This document shows positions 50,438 to 59,727 of a DNA stretch of 64,000 bases, piece after piece. How positions within the stretch are numbered: the first letter of the stretch is position 1; each line of letters opens with the position of its first letter. The stretch lies in NCBI GenBank assembly GCA_963790025.1, contig CAWBMP010000002.1, positions 128,001 to 192,000 on the forward strand, given 5' to 3'. The position numbers and the translations under genes were made by a program. Below the pieces are notes generated by a model, which was given only the letters and a program-made list of their open reading frames with translations, made no database searches and had not been told where the DNA came from. This stretch comes from Nitrospirota bacterium (GTDB lineage: Bacteria; Nitrospirota; Thermodesulfovibrionia; Thermodesulfovibrionales; Dissulfurispiraceae).

Positions 50438-51196
50438 ATGTCAAACTGGAAAGATAATGTCTCTTTCGTACTCGTCGAGCCGCGTGAGCCCGCCAATATC
50501 GGCGCATCTGCACGGGCAATGAAAAACATGGGCTTCAAGGGCCTCTGCCTTGTAAAGCCGCCAGAAATCAACGACGAGGCACGGTCGCTTGCCCATAACG
50601 CCCTTGATGTCCTGGAAGGGGCAAGGCATTATGCCTGTCTTACTGATGCGCTTGACGATAAATCGCTTGTTGTCGCCGTAGCACGAAGGACCGGCAAGAA
50701 GCGAGGGTTAATCCTCGGACCGGACGAGACCGCGCAAAGAGTGTATGAAATTGCCTCCCATAATAAAGTGGCGCTTCTCTTCGGCAGGGAGGACAGGGGG
50801 TTGTATAACGAAGAGGTCAATGAGTGCGGCCTGCTCCTGACCATTCCTGCAAACAAGGAGCACCCCTCTTTAAACCTCTCCCACGCCATAATGGTTGTGG
50901 CCTATGCCCTTTCGAGGGTCCAATACAGAAAAGATCTTGTCCAAGCCGTGCCGGTGAAATCAAGGCGCGGGCAGAGCGGCCTTATCACCCACGGAGAACT
51001 TTCCGCGCTTTATGAGCGGATGGCAAACATCATCACGCTGCTCGAATACATCCCCCGGGGGGACAGAAACCTGAAGAAGCAAATAATGGATAACTTAAAG
51101 CATTTTATCGGCAGGGCGGGACTCAACGACTGGGAGATGAAAATGCTCCACGGCTTTTGCTCGCAGATAGAGCGCAAGTTGGGGAAAGGTGAGTGA
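50438..51196 (+). CDS. trmJ: TrmJ/LasT family SPOUT RNA methyltransferase
   Basis: VLVEP..PANIGASARAMKNMG, LFGRE.RGL.NEE, SLNLSHA. Confidence 0.88.
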   Translation: MSNWKDNVSFVLVEPREPANIGASARAMKNMGFKGLCLVKPPEINDEARSLAHNALDVLEGARHYACLTDALDDKSLVVAVARRTGKKRGLILGPDETAQRVYEIASHNKVALLFGREDRGLYNEEVNECGLLLTIPANKEHPSLNLSHAIMVVAYALSRVQYRKDLVQAVPVKSRRGQSGLITHGELSALYERMANIITLLEYIPRGDRNLKKQIMDNLKHFIGRAGLNDWEMKMLHGFCSQIERKLGKGE

Positions 51197-51201
51197 AGTT
51201 G

Positions 51202-51290
51202 TGTTCACGAAAAATAAAGTTGGTAACTGAAAAATAAAGTCGGTAATTAGAAAATAGAGTTGGTAATTGAAAAATAAAGTCGGCAACTGA
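51202..51290 (+). mobile_element. Tn7-like transposon right end (TGT terminus + four TnsB-type binding sites)
   Basis: TGTTCACGA then four contiguous 20-mers AAAATARAGTYGGYAAYTRR (51211-51290), in register with the Tn7 right end as I recall it (TGTGGGCGGACAATAAAGTCTTAAACTGA). Confidence 0.8.
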
Positions 51291-51431
51291 AAAACTTCCT
51301 GTATTTACCGGTATTAGCTAATTCAGTAAATTAATCAAGTTGACCAATTTAGTAATATCGTTAAAGTACTATTAAGTGTGGAGTCTGTTATCGGAAGAAA
51401 AATACATTATCGAGCCGTAACAGATGTTTCT

Positions 51432-52130
51432 GTAGAGTAGAGAGCTGGCGTAGTAGTCGGAGACCCTATCTCCAGCTCCCCCTCGTCGAACCGGACGGTC
51501 GCTTTTCGCGAATACGGTTCTCCAATCATCTTCTTCCAGAGGCTTTCGCTCTCGCTTGGCCTTCTGGTATAGCTTCCACTAGAAATTCCGGAACTTCTGG
51601 AGTTTATAGCGTTACCGCAATCTCCTTTCCTTTTTTCCTTCAGAAGCGCGATGAAGGCATTGCCCCTTCCCTCTCCCAAAGTTATGTTGTCTTTGAGATG
51701 CAAACGGTACAATATGAGCAACTCCGATTCCCTTGCCGACCCAGTGAAACTTCGTTACCTTATATCCACCAGTTGCTGCTCTCGCAGCATCGTCAAGGGT
51801 CTCCCGTGTTCATTGTCGTATGACTTCCCCTGCGTGTCACCCCTGACACCCCGGGAGTCCATCTATCGGTTACGGTAGTTTTTGTCAGGATAGATGCTAC
51901 GGCCTTCCCCTTTCTGTGACAGGGTCGGCAACTCCGTCTCGTGTTTCGAGGCTACATCTGGGTTCGCTTGCGCTGCAACCCGCAGGTTTGCTCAACTCCC
52001 TTTAGGAGCCTTTGTCAGGAAACTTAGTGCTTCAGGTTACCCTTTACACCTCCCTCAAGCTACGTGGGCGAGCTACCAAACTCCCACGATCGGACTTTAA
52101 CCGATAAGTCATACGTTTTACACGGCATAC
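51432..52130 (-). mobile_element. Group II intron with the RT ORF deleted (about 700 nt)
   Basis: Domain V at 51520-51488, domain VI hairpin ending CTCTACTCTAC, 5' end GTATG (approximate), RT N-terminal remnant WKLYQKAKRE at 51578-51549. Confidence 0.85.
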
Positions 52131-52198
52131 CACAGAAAAACGCACAGCAGTCATGCCGCCAGGGGCTGCATGTTTCAAATGGAATCCATTTTATTGTA

Positions 52199-52325
52199 GT
52201 CCCCTCCTCAGAGAGGGTTAGGGGTGGGTTTAGGCCGTGGTCGTATTGTCGTCACTGCGAGCGAAGCTTGGCAATCTCGTCTTTTCCCGATCTCTAGATT
52301 CACGAAATCAAGCCTGACCCGATTT
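52199..52325. repeat. Cluster of three different REP-like remnants
   Basis: cccctcctcagagagggttaggggtggg; gtcactgcgagcgaagcttggcaatct; aaatcaagcctgacccgattt. Confidence 0.45.
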
Positions 52326-52396
52326 GCTGCATCTATTTGCTCTGACTTACAGACTGCAAGATAGGCAAACTCAATATGGACCCCGAATTACTAATT

Positions 52397-53869
52397 TCAC
52401 CTGGAGTAAAAACTAGGTTTAGGAAAGCCACCCCGGACAACAACAACTACAATTACAATTGGGGACTGTCCGGTCTGATGAACAAAGACCTCAATATCGT
52501 CTTCTACAACACCAACTGGTGCAGATTTCGGTGAGGCTTCGAGTACGGACAACACGCCAACTCGCTTCCCCAGCCCGATTGCATAAGCTGCTGTCTGATC
52601 AAAAAATTTAGAGAGATCCTTAGGAAACAGAACTTTGCTGTTCTCGACTTTCAATTCGATCGGGATATCCCGGAATGTGAGATCAGTGATCCCACCTGCT
52701 GCTTCGGGGTGACCTTGCAAGTGCTCACCAATATCACACCGGTTTCGAAGCATCTCAGTGGCTTTGTTTTGGAATTGCGATTCTGACGTACCAGCCTCGA
52801 ACAAGCCGCCTTTCAAAGCTTGTGCAGCGATGTTGCCCAACCCACCAAGTACTATCATTGTGTTGGCAACATCATCTGAATGCAAACCGGGGAAGCTTCT
52901 CAACTTGTCGCGAACGCTGAGGAGATGTCTATCAACATTTGAAAACCCAGTCAAAGGGTTTTTAGTAACATCACATCCCTCCAAGAGTAGACGGCGATGC
53001 CCTACAATTGCAACATCCTGGCAATTACTCGTGTCGTCGAATTCAGCTGCGTAAAGGAATTCGTATGGCCTTGAGCCGAACGAATGAGCCACCTCCAGAA
53101 CTGCCCGACCGGTGCCAGTAAGAAAGAAAGGGCCATCACCTTCGGGTTTCTCGAACTTGAAACTGGGCAACCAATCCCGCTCGCGTATGTCGATCGTTAC
53201 AGGTGTTAACGAGAGGACACTGGCACCTGTGGGCCAATTTGAAACCCTGACTTCTATCGTAAGGTCGTAAGACATCCCCGGCTTAAGATAGTTCCAGTGT
53301 TTAGCCGGCTCGCCGTCGATATCAAACTTCAAGAACGCTACGGTCGTTTCGGTTTTCTCAGTCTCTGCTGAACTTCCGTTGGAGACAGGAACGCGGAACC
53401 CTCCAAAACCTCGATCCCGAAGATTGGCGAACAAAAGAAGGGGCAGGGTCCATCGTTTCAACTGATCCTGTATGAGGGTCAATTCGTCCACGTTCTTGAG
53501 ACCTTCGACTTGATCCAGAAACGCGTTCAGCCGCTCATCAGCAGCGAAACTCAAAGACTTGTCAAGCTCTGACGCCTTTAGCTTCGCCGAACTCAAGAAC
53601 CTTTGAGCATCTGGTTCAGCATTGCGTACGGCATGCTTCCACTCAGCCAAGAGCACAAAGATGGCAATGGCCCTGTGATATGAGCGGTACTGATCCTCGA
53701 CATCACCTTGACCGATCTCAGAGATTGTTGCTTCAAGCTCCAAACAGGCTCTTTTTAGGCGCTCAAGGTCATGCGGCGAAGGCTTCAGAGCCCCCGCAAG
53801 TGTTGCAGCAACCTCAATCCTCGAAGAAAAAGCTCGGTGGAAAATCTCGAAGTTTGGCTCGTTTCTCAT
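52397..53869 (-). CDS. Hypothetical protein with a C-terminal PD-(D/E)XK restriction-endonuclease-like domain
   Basis: E..FQ helix, GGITDL...IPIELK, Q...Y; GGAG RBS inside the upstream gene. Confidence 0.75.
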   Translation of the reverse strand: MRNEPNFEIFHRAFSSRIEVAATLAGALKPSPHDLERLKRACLELEATISEIGQGDVEDQYRSYHRAIAIFVLLAEWKHAVRNAEPDAQRFLSSAKLKASELDKSLSFAADERLNAFLDQVEGLKNVDELTLIQDQLKRWTLPLLLFANLRDRGFGGFRVPVSNGSSAETEKTETTVAFLKFDIDGEPAKHWNYLKPGMSYDLTIEVRVSNWPTGASVLSLTPVTIDIRERDWLPSFKFEKPEGDGPFFLTGTGRAVLEVAHSFGSRPYEFLYAAEFDDTSNCQDVAIVGHRRLLLEGCDVTKNPLTGFSNVDRHLLSVRDKLRSFPGLHSDDVANTMIVLGGLGNIAAQALKGGLFEAGTSESQFQNKATEMLRNRCDIGEHLQGHPEAAGGITDLTFRDIPIELKVENSKVLFPKDLSKFFDQTAAYAIGLGKRVGVLSVLEASPKSAPVGVVEDDIEVFVHQTGQSPIVIVVVVVRGGFPKPSFYSR

Positions 53870-56381
53870 TTTCTTTCTCCAAGTCAGACAGAAGGCTGCT
53901 CCATTTTTCGATCAACTCGACAAACGCCCCTCCGCCTCCTATTGTGTGTTCAATCTCGGAAGCCGTCGCGACTAAAGCGGTTTCAAGTCGCCACTGTTCA
54001 TTTCGATCTTCTACTGGGATGCTTGCCATCAGTTCCCTAAAACAAGTGCTTGCAGCTGCATGGTTTCCTGCCTTAGTCAAGGCGGCAGCATAAAGAAGCG
54101 CTTCAACAAAGCCTTCTGGCCTGAATGGCCGGAGTGCTTCGAATGCCTTTTTAATTTCGTCTATACAGTTTTGAAGCTCATTGTGTGGGGCTCTTAAGAT
54201 CGCGGACACGCAGTCGTCGGTAGAAATGGAGCGCGTATAGTCATCTTGAATTGACTTCAGCGCCACTTTGGCAAAGCCAGGAACCTCCCCAAAGCCATAG
54301 TGCAACCGATCAACAGCATGGTAAAGGGCACTTCCCTCCAAGCTGAGCAAGATACCCGAGAGCAGCAGGCCGAGTTTCCCTTTTCTTTCTTCAGGCGAAA
54401 GGCAGAGAAACGCAAATGCGTCGATACAGTCGACAACGAAGTCCTCTTGCTTGCTTTGTTGGGAGTAGTAAACAATCAGGCTCCAGAGCCCGTGCTTAAT
54501 AAGGCTTCGTTTCTCTTTAGGAAATGATCTACGCCTCAGAGAATGAACGGCCGACCGATGAACAATGACATATGGGTCAGTAAGCAAGACGGAAAATGCT
54601 TCAAAGAACAGATCGGGAAAGTTCTTCACCAAGTCGTATGGGACATCCCCCCATGCTTGTACAGCGCTGGCACGGATCAATGTGCTCTCGTCCATAAGTG
54701 CACGATACCAATCGGAGAGCACTATCGTTAGGCTTTCGACCCCGGCCAACAATTTTGAAACATGAACTATCATGTTTCCACGCATTTGCGTTTGGTTCTC
54801 GGGCAACTTCCGATACAGTTCTAGGAGCTGTTCAATTCCTTCACGTCCCTTGGATTTTGCTCCAACTGCAGCCCATTCGATCAGTGCGCTCTGCAAGCCG
54901 TCAATTGCTCCGCGTTTGTTCGTTTTATCCATATGAGCGAGCACATCGCCAGTCAGTTCGAGAGAGCGCTCTGTATCTACTTGCTCATACTTCTCGCTAA
55001 GTGTAGCCGCTGCACCGATCAGATTATCAAAATGCTCGACTGCGAGCTGAGCAAACTCGTCCCAAGAATGTCTGAAGAACTGTCCCGCTTCATCCATGCC
55101 GTTCTCTGGGCTTTCTATGGCAGCCCAAAGCAATCTTCTAAATCCTATCCTTTGTGCTGTTCCTATCTGTGCCTTTTCCCGATAGCTGTGTTTCAGCACT
55201 GATCTATAGGTTCTATTAGCTTCTTCTCTTCCGGTATTGTCGTTGTCAGCAAGGAACGATTGGATGATCTTGTCCGTTTCCTCTGGAAAACGTTCGAGGC
55301 ACTTCGAGGCCGCTTCCCGAAGATAGTAGAGTACGCTGCTATCCCGGCGCACTCTCGGAAGCAGAAATCGCCTGCGCATAAGCTTGGCGAAGATACTTTC
55401 AGTATGTCTTGAAAGCAGCTCGTCACTATCCGTCGCAAGTATGATCTCAACGGCATCCCCAATTTTTTCTGGGTTCGCGTTACTTAGAAGTGCGTCGACC
55501 TCCGCACAAATCTGAGCACGCCTTTTCTGGAAGAGCGCGTGAATTGGCGCAGCATCAAGCCTTATTGGTTCGCTTCCTCCAAAATGCACTCCGGGTGGCG
55601 GTCCTAAGGCCATTGACACAAAGGGACGTAAAACCTTTTTCAAGTCGTCTTGGGAAAGCTTTTCCGCCCCCGACAAAACCAGGTCGATAGCCGCTGAAGA
55701 TTTCTCATAGCTGTTCACCAAGCTCACCGCCACTGAAAGCTTTTCTTCTGATTCTAACGGTGCCCTGAGTAATGCCTTCGCGGCAGGTCTAGAATACGGC
55801 AAGTTCTCGTGTAGCACTGCTGGCAAGAGATGTTCGATCACCTTTCTGGTAAATGTCTCAGGAGCAAGGTTTGCGAGTTGCTCCAGACGCGGATCGTTCC
55901 TTTCTATATCTTCCTGATCAAGCTCATCCAACAGATCGAAAACGAAGGTTTCCTCTAGAGAGAGTTCGTAGCGAAGTTTCGCCCGTTCTTGGCGCCTGTC
56001 GGTCTGCTTCTGCTTTCTCTCCCTTTCTTCTTCTTCGCGCGCTTCCTTTAGGTTTTCGGCAGCTTGTTCCCTCGGGTCAACAAAACTCATAATATTAGGA
56101 AATCCTACGGGAACCCGTTCCTCACAACCCTTGCAGTTGTTCTGGTAGAAGTCATAAGCTGCATCTTCCAGCAGCCAACAATACATGGAGTTTTTCTTAG
56201 AGAATTTGCACTGGACGCCCATGTGCCCAATTGGGAGACCAGTTGCAGCTTCAATCATTCCCCTTCCATGAGACCTTACGAACTCGGCATGGAAACACCA
56301 ATTTCTTAGAAGCTTTGTTGTTCGGAGATTGCGCTGGCCTGCTTCTATTGCATTTTTATAGCTGTCTTCAAAATCATCCAT
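53814..56381 (-). CDS. Large hypothetical protein: N-terminal Cys motif, coiled coil, HEAT/ARM-like helical repeats
   Basis: 855 aa; C...C...CKGC, charged coil, LMDE..LIRASAV and LLTDPYVIVHRSAV HEAT-like motifs. Confidence 0.75.
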   Translation of the reverse strand: MDDFEDSYKNAIEAGQRNLRTTKLLRNWCFHAEFVRSHGRGMIEAATGLPIGHMGVQCKFSKKNSMYCWLLEDAAYDFYQNNCKGCEERVPVGFPNIMSFVDPREQAAENLKEAREEEERERKQKQTDRRQERAKLRYELSLEETFVFDLLDELDQEDIERNDPRLEQLANLAPETFTRKVIEHLLPAVLHENLPYSRPAAKALLRAPLESEEKLSVAVSLVNSYEKSSAAIDLVLSGAEKLSQDDLKKVLRPFVSMALGPPPGVHFGGSEPIRLDAAPIHALFQKRRAQICAEVDALLSNANPEKIGDAVEIILATDSDELLSRHTESIFAKLMRRRFLLPRVRRDSSVLYYLREAASKCLERFPEETDKIIQSFLADNDNTGREEANRTYRSVLKHSYREKAQIGTAQRIGFRRLLWAAIESPENGMDEAGQFFRHSWDEFAQLAVEHFDNLIGAAATLSEKYEQVDTERSLELTGDVLAHMDKTNKRGAIDGLQSALIEWAAVGAKSKGREGIEQLLELYRKLPENQTQMRGNMIVHVSKLLAGVESLTIVLSDWYRALMDESTLIRASAVQAWGDVPYDLVKNFPDLFFEAFSVLLTDPYVIVHRSAVHSLRRRSFPKEKRSLIKHGLWSLIVYYSQQSKQEDFVVDCIDAFAFLCLSPEERKGKLGLLLSGILLSLEGSALYHAVDRLHYGFGEVPGFAKVALKSIQDDYTRSISTDDCVSAILRAPHNELQNCIDEIKKAFEALRPFRPEGFVEALLYAAALTKAGNHAAASTCFRELMASIPVEDRNEQWRLETALVATASEIEHTIGGGGAFVELIEKWSSLLSDLEKENEKRAKLRDFPPSFFFED

Positions 56382-56948
56382 TTTGACTAACCTTCTTGCG
56401 CTTTTTTCAAAAATGCCAGTAGGTAATACGCATTAGCGGCACCCGTAAGAAGAGGAGTTCAGGGTAAGCTCTACTGTTGTTGCTTTGCACCTTTCAGTTG
56501 ACCTTCTTCATTTCTACATAGCCAGTTATTAAGTGATTACCCCGCTAACACCAGGGGATGTTGATTTATGCAAACCCATAAATATTCATGATTTGCTGTA
56601 ACTGTCTGCTTTAATACAATTACTCCCGTGACTAATATTCAACTCCCTACTTCCCTGCCACGAATGTTTGCGAAATAAAATAGTCTATAAACATCGGCGA
56701 GAAAAGTAAAGAGAGTTTATGAGTAGATATCCGGCCGGATTGTGACAGTTATTTTAGGAAACCTCTTCATCTGGCGATATCGCATTAATGCGAAGTATTC
56801 AGGTTACTTTGCCGAGTCAGGTCCTCACAGTACTGTTGAGTTTCGATAAGTCGCAACTCAATGAAGAGTACACGTGGAAATCGTTATGACGGTCGCTGTG
56901 GACCCGCAGGTTGGTATCTATTACGCGCGGATGATAAGGATTTCATTT

Positions 56949-57065
56949 TTAATGACTTGGTAGCGGACCGCCATATTTAACATTTGGCAGCAATGTCAGG
57001 TCATGAAGAGCCCAAACTACAGCACTCATTTCGAGTTGTCCCAATTCCTTGAGGGTGTCCCACAT
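56949..57065 (-). CDS. Possible 38-aa microprotein (MWDTLKELGQLEMSAVVWALHDLTLLPNVKYGGPLPSH)
   Basis: AGGAGGAG RBS shortly before the ATG; no recognisable motif. Confidence 0.35.
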   Translation of the reverse strand: MWDTLKELGQLEMSAVVWALHDLTLLPNVKYGGPLPSH

Positions 57066-57196
57066 TACGTCTCCTCCTATATTAGGATAAATACGACGAA
57101 GCTGATTGAAGTTTAATCTGTTTTCCAACTCAAAATTGTTAACTCGAGAAGCAGTAATAAATACAAAAAGCGAACCTATTAAGATACCAACAGTCT

Positions 57197-58243
57197 GTGT
57201 ATTTTTTCTCATGCCACCAAGAGGAGGTGTTGGACCGGCCGGGGAAAGCGCCAATAATTTATGGAAGAAGCAAAAAGGTAGATAAAGCAATAACTGCGGT
57301 AAAGAATATTTTCTTAAAGTTTGGTTGGGAAGGAGATGGGAAAATACGTGTAATTTGGATCCCACCTTTTTTGGATCAATCTAGTGATCCCAATTATGGC
57401 TCCTTTATTTGGCATGTTAAACAATACAATAACGGAACTTCTTTCTTAGGTTTTAAGGAACCTATTCAATCAGCAAGATTATTAGATCAGAATGTGGTTT
57501 TTAAGCAGAATGATAGAGATGTAAAACCCATAAACCTAATATACACGGAAGAAAAAAACTTATTACTGCAACTCAAAAAAAAGAAAAAACTGCTACAAGA
57601 AGTGATAGGGCATGTAGAATCAAATATTTTGAGTAGCGAATTAATAAACTCGACATTGGGTTATATTCAAAATGACGTGATGTCAGAATTCAACGATTTC
57701 ATTGATGAGTGTTATTTGCAGTATTTGGTACACGTCTTAAGCGATAATAATCCTGACTCTATAAAGCTTAAATCTATAAATGTAAGAATTGGCCTTGATC
57801 ACATTTCGGAACAACCTAGCTTTGGAATAGGAGATAATTGGCTAACAATACGTGAAATTATTAGTAACATTTGGAGGGATTTCAAATTCTTGTCGTTTAA
57901 AGACAAGTTTAAGGAGATAATGAACTGTATAGATTTTAAGTATGATGCAAAACAAATAGCAGATATTAATAAACATGTAGTCATAAGGAACTGCATTCAA
58001 CATCATCAATGGGCATTAGCCGCTGATGTCTTAAAAACAATAGGGTTAAATAAAATAGAAATATTGAATGAAAAAGGAAAATATACAACAATCCAAAAAT
58101 GGAACAAAATTGTGCTGACATCTCAAGAAGTTAGCTCTATAATTGATAACCTCGCCCATTTCTGTGTTGAATATGTAAAGCATGTAAAACATAGAATTAA
58201 AACCAGACATTTTTTGCACAACTTTAAAAAAGAAGATTATTAA
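57197..58243 (+). CDS. AT-rich hypothetical protein with a C-terminal HEPN-like RxxxxH motif
   Basis: RNCIQH in a helical C-terminal half; N-terminal GWEGDG..WIPPF..WHVKQ..NG domain; start uncertain. Confidence 0.7.
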   Translation: MYFFSCHQEEVLDRPGKAPIIYGRSKKVDKAITAVKNIFLKFGWEGDGKIRVIWIPPFLDQSSDPNYGSFIWHVKQYNNGTSFLGFKEPIQSARLLDQNVVFKQNDRDVKPINLIYTEEKNLLLQLKKKKKLLQEVIGHVESNILSSELINSTLGYIQNDVMSEFNDFIDECYLQYLVHVLSDNNPDSIKLKSINVRIGLDHISEQPSFGIGDNWLTIREIISNIWRDFKFLSFKDKFKEIMNCIDFKYDAKQIADINKHVVIRNCIQHHQWALAADVLKTIGLNKIEILNEKGKYTTIQKWNKIVLTSQEVSSIIDNLAHFCVEYVKHVKHRIKTRHFLHNFKKEDY

Positions 58244-58549
58244 GATTTATTAGTTCAAACACTCATGGTTAAAGCAATTGAATGCAATCGTTGAACTATA
58301 GTAAAGGAGATTAAAGAAGGGATTTATCGAGCAAATATCAGAAATTTATGCTGCTATGAACAAACAGGACAAGAAAGGCAAAGAGAATTTTACTGCGTGG
58401 GACTTTCATCTCTTCAGATTAATTCTATGGTAGTTATTTTCGCAAGTCTGCAGCAGTTGCGCGGTCGCGAAACTGTGGATTATTCAGGTACATCCGTACT
58501 GCAAGGCTATTTTCAAATACGAGGATTACAGGAAGAACCACATGTCAGC

Positions 58550-58825
58550 CTATTCTTTTATCCTTGAAAGTCTGTAAGTCACGAAACCGTCCGGACAAAT
58601 GACATTAACGTGCTCAGCCTTCTCCCACTCCATCTTCTCCGACCACCGCATGGCAAATGCCATTGGATGTAAAGAAGCAAATGCCCGACCGCACATCCCG
58701 CTGGGTTCAGGTGTTCGAGCTGTTATTATATAATTTTCTCCCTTTCGGCATTTGGCTGAACCTGGGCAAGTTCCGGATTCACTGCGAACGTCGATAGCTT
58801 CACATTTGATCTTATAATTAGCCAT
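58550..58825 (-). CDS. TIGR04076-like Cys-motif small protein
   Basis: GTCP, GMC..AF..L.P, CPDG.V.Y; GAGGAAG RBS. Confidence 0.75.
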   Translation of the reverse strand: MANYKIKCEAIDVRSESGTCPGSAKCRKGENYIITARTPEPSGMCGRAFASLHPMAFAMRWSEKMEWEKAEHVNVICPDGFVTYRLSRIKE

Positions 58826-59143
58826 TCTTCCTCCTCTTTCCCATTGAGTAATGAATATGAAAAATACTGATTGTATTCCTCACCATTTTAGCAGAGAAGG
58901 CAGATAAATGTTAGGAAGCAAATCACCGGGTATGTTCCGGGATGAAGCCGACGCTTCCCTCGCCAGGGTTGGAAGGTTCGTTTGCTCCGGAAGAGGTGAC
59001 AAATTGGAATGGGCCTGGGCCGTATCATCCTTAGGTCACTTTCAGATATCGCCTACAGCTAATTCTAATATAAATTTAAAATATTCCCAATCTATTTCTC
59101 AATGTGATACAATTCGTTTAAACTAAAATTAAGAGGAGGCAAC

Positions 59144-59254
59144 ATGGCAACAGCAATGAAAGCGAAATGTGCTGGAAAGACGAAAGAAGGAAAGCAATGT
59201 AAGAAGTCCGCAAGTGGGAAATCTAAATTCTGTGCATCTCACAAGAAAAAATAG
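59144..59254 (+). CDS. 36-aa C3H zinc-knuckle-like basic microprotein (DUF5763-like)
   Basis: MATAMKAKCAGKTKEGKQCKKSASGKSKFCASHKKK; GAGGAGG RBS; not in the ORF track. Confidence 0.75.
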   Translation: MATAMKAKCAGKTKEGKQCKKSASGKSKFCASHKKK

Positions 59255-59636
59255 CTGTAAACTGTAAAAGCATTTAAGAAAACTCTCAGAGGAGAGGATT
59301 GTCTATTAACAGCGTGTAAATTCTGATTCTACACGAAATGCTGTTTTATACCTTATTCCAACCAACATATTTCTCAGGGGTGCCAGAGACTCACCAAGTT
59401 CTTCCTGGAAGCCACAGTTTAAGATTGTCGCAACTTTATGCACAATTCTCCAAGTAATCAACTCTCCAGACATCTCAGTAACAGTGTTGATTCCCAAGAG
59501 AATATGTTAAAAACCAGTTGCGTGTTTCATCGCAGTAACAAGCGGTCCGGAAATGCTGTCAAAAAGTATAGGTAGCTATTAATTCTTATTAATGTCATAC
59601 TAACCAAAGAAGGTTCAGAGGTTTTTTAACTAAGAG

Positions 59637-59676
59637 ATGGCCACGGAGACTTTTAGCTCTGTGGCTATTTTATTTT
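59637..59676 (+). terminator. Terminator-like hairpin just upstream of csp
   Basis: atggccacggag-acttttag-ctctgtggctat followed by tttatttt. Confidence 0.5.
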
Positions 59677-59727
59677 GGTTTACTATAAATCTGATACTTT
59701 ACTTTAGTATAAAAGGAGGTATGCACG

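Noticed and set aside
51211..51290. Four 20-bp repeats as a CRISPR array or plasmid iterons
   Set aside because: Repeats are contiguous with no spacers, and no cas or rep gene is nearby; the TGT terminus and register fit a Tn7-type end.
51407..52297. Short ORFs of 68-104 aa across the intron
   Set aside because: They lie within structured intron RNA and show no coding signal apart from the 10-codon RT remnant.
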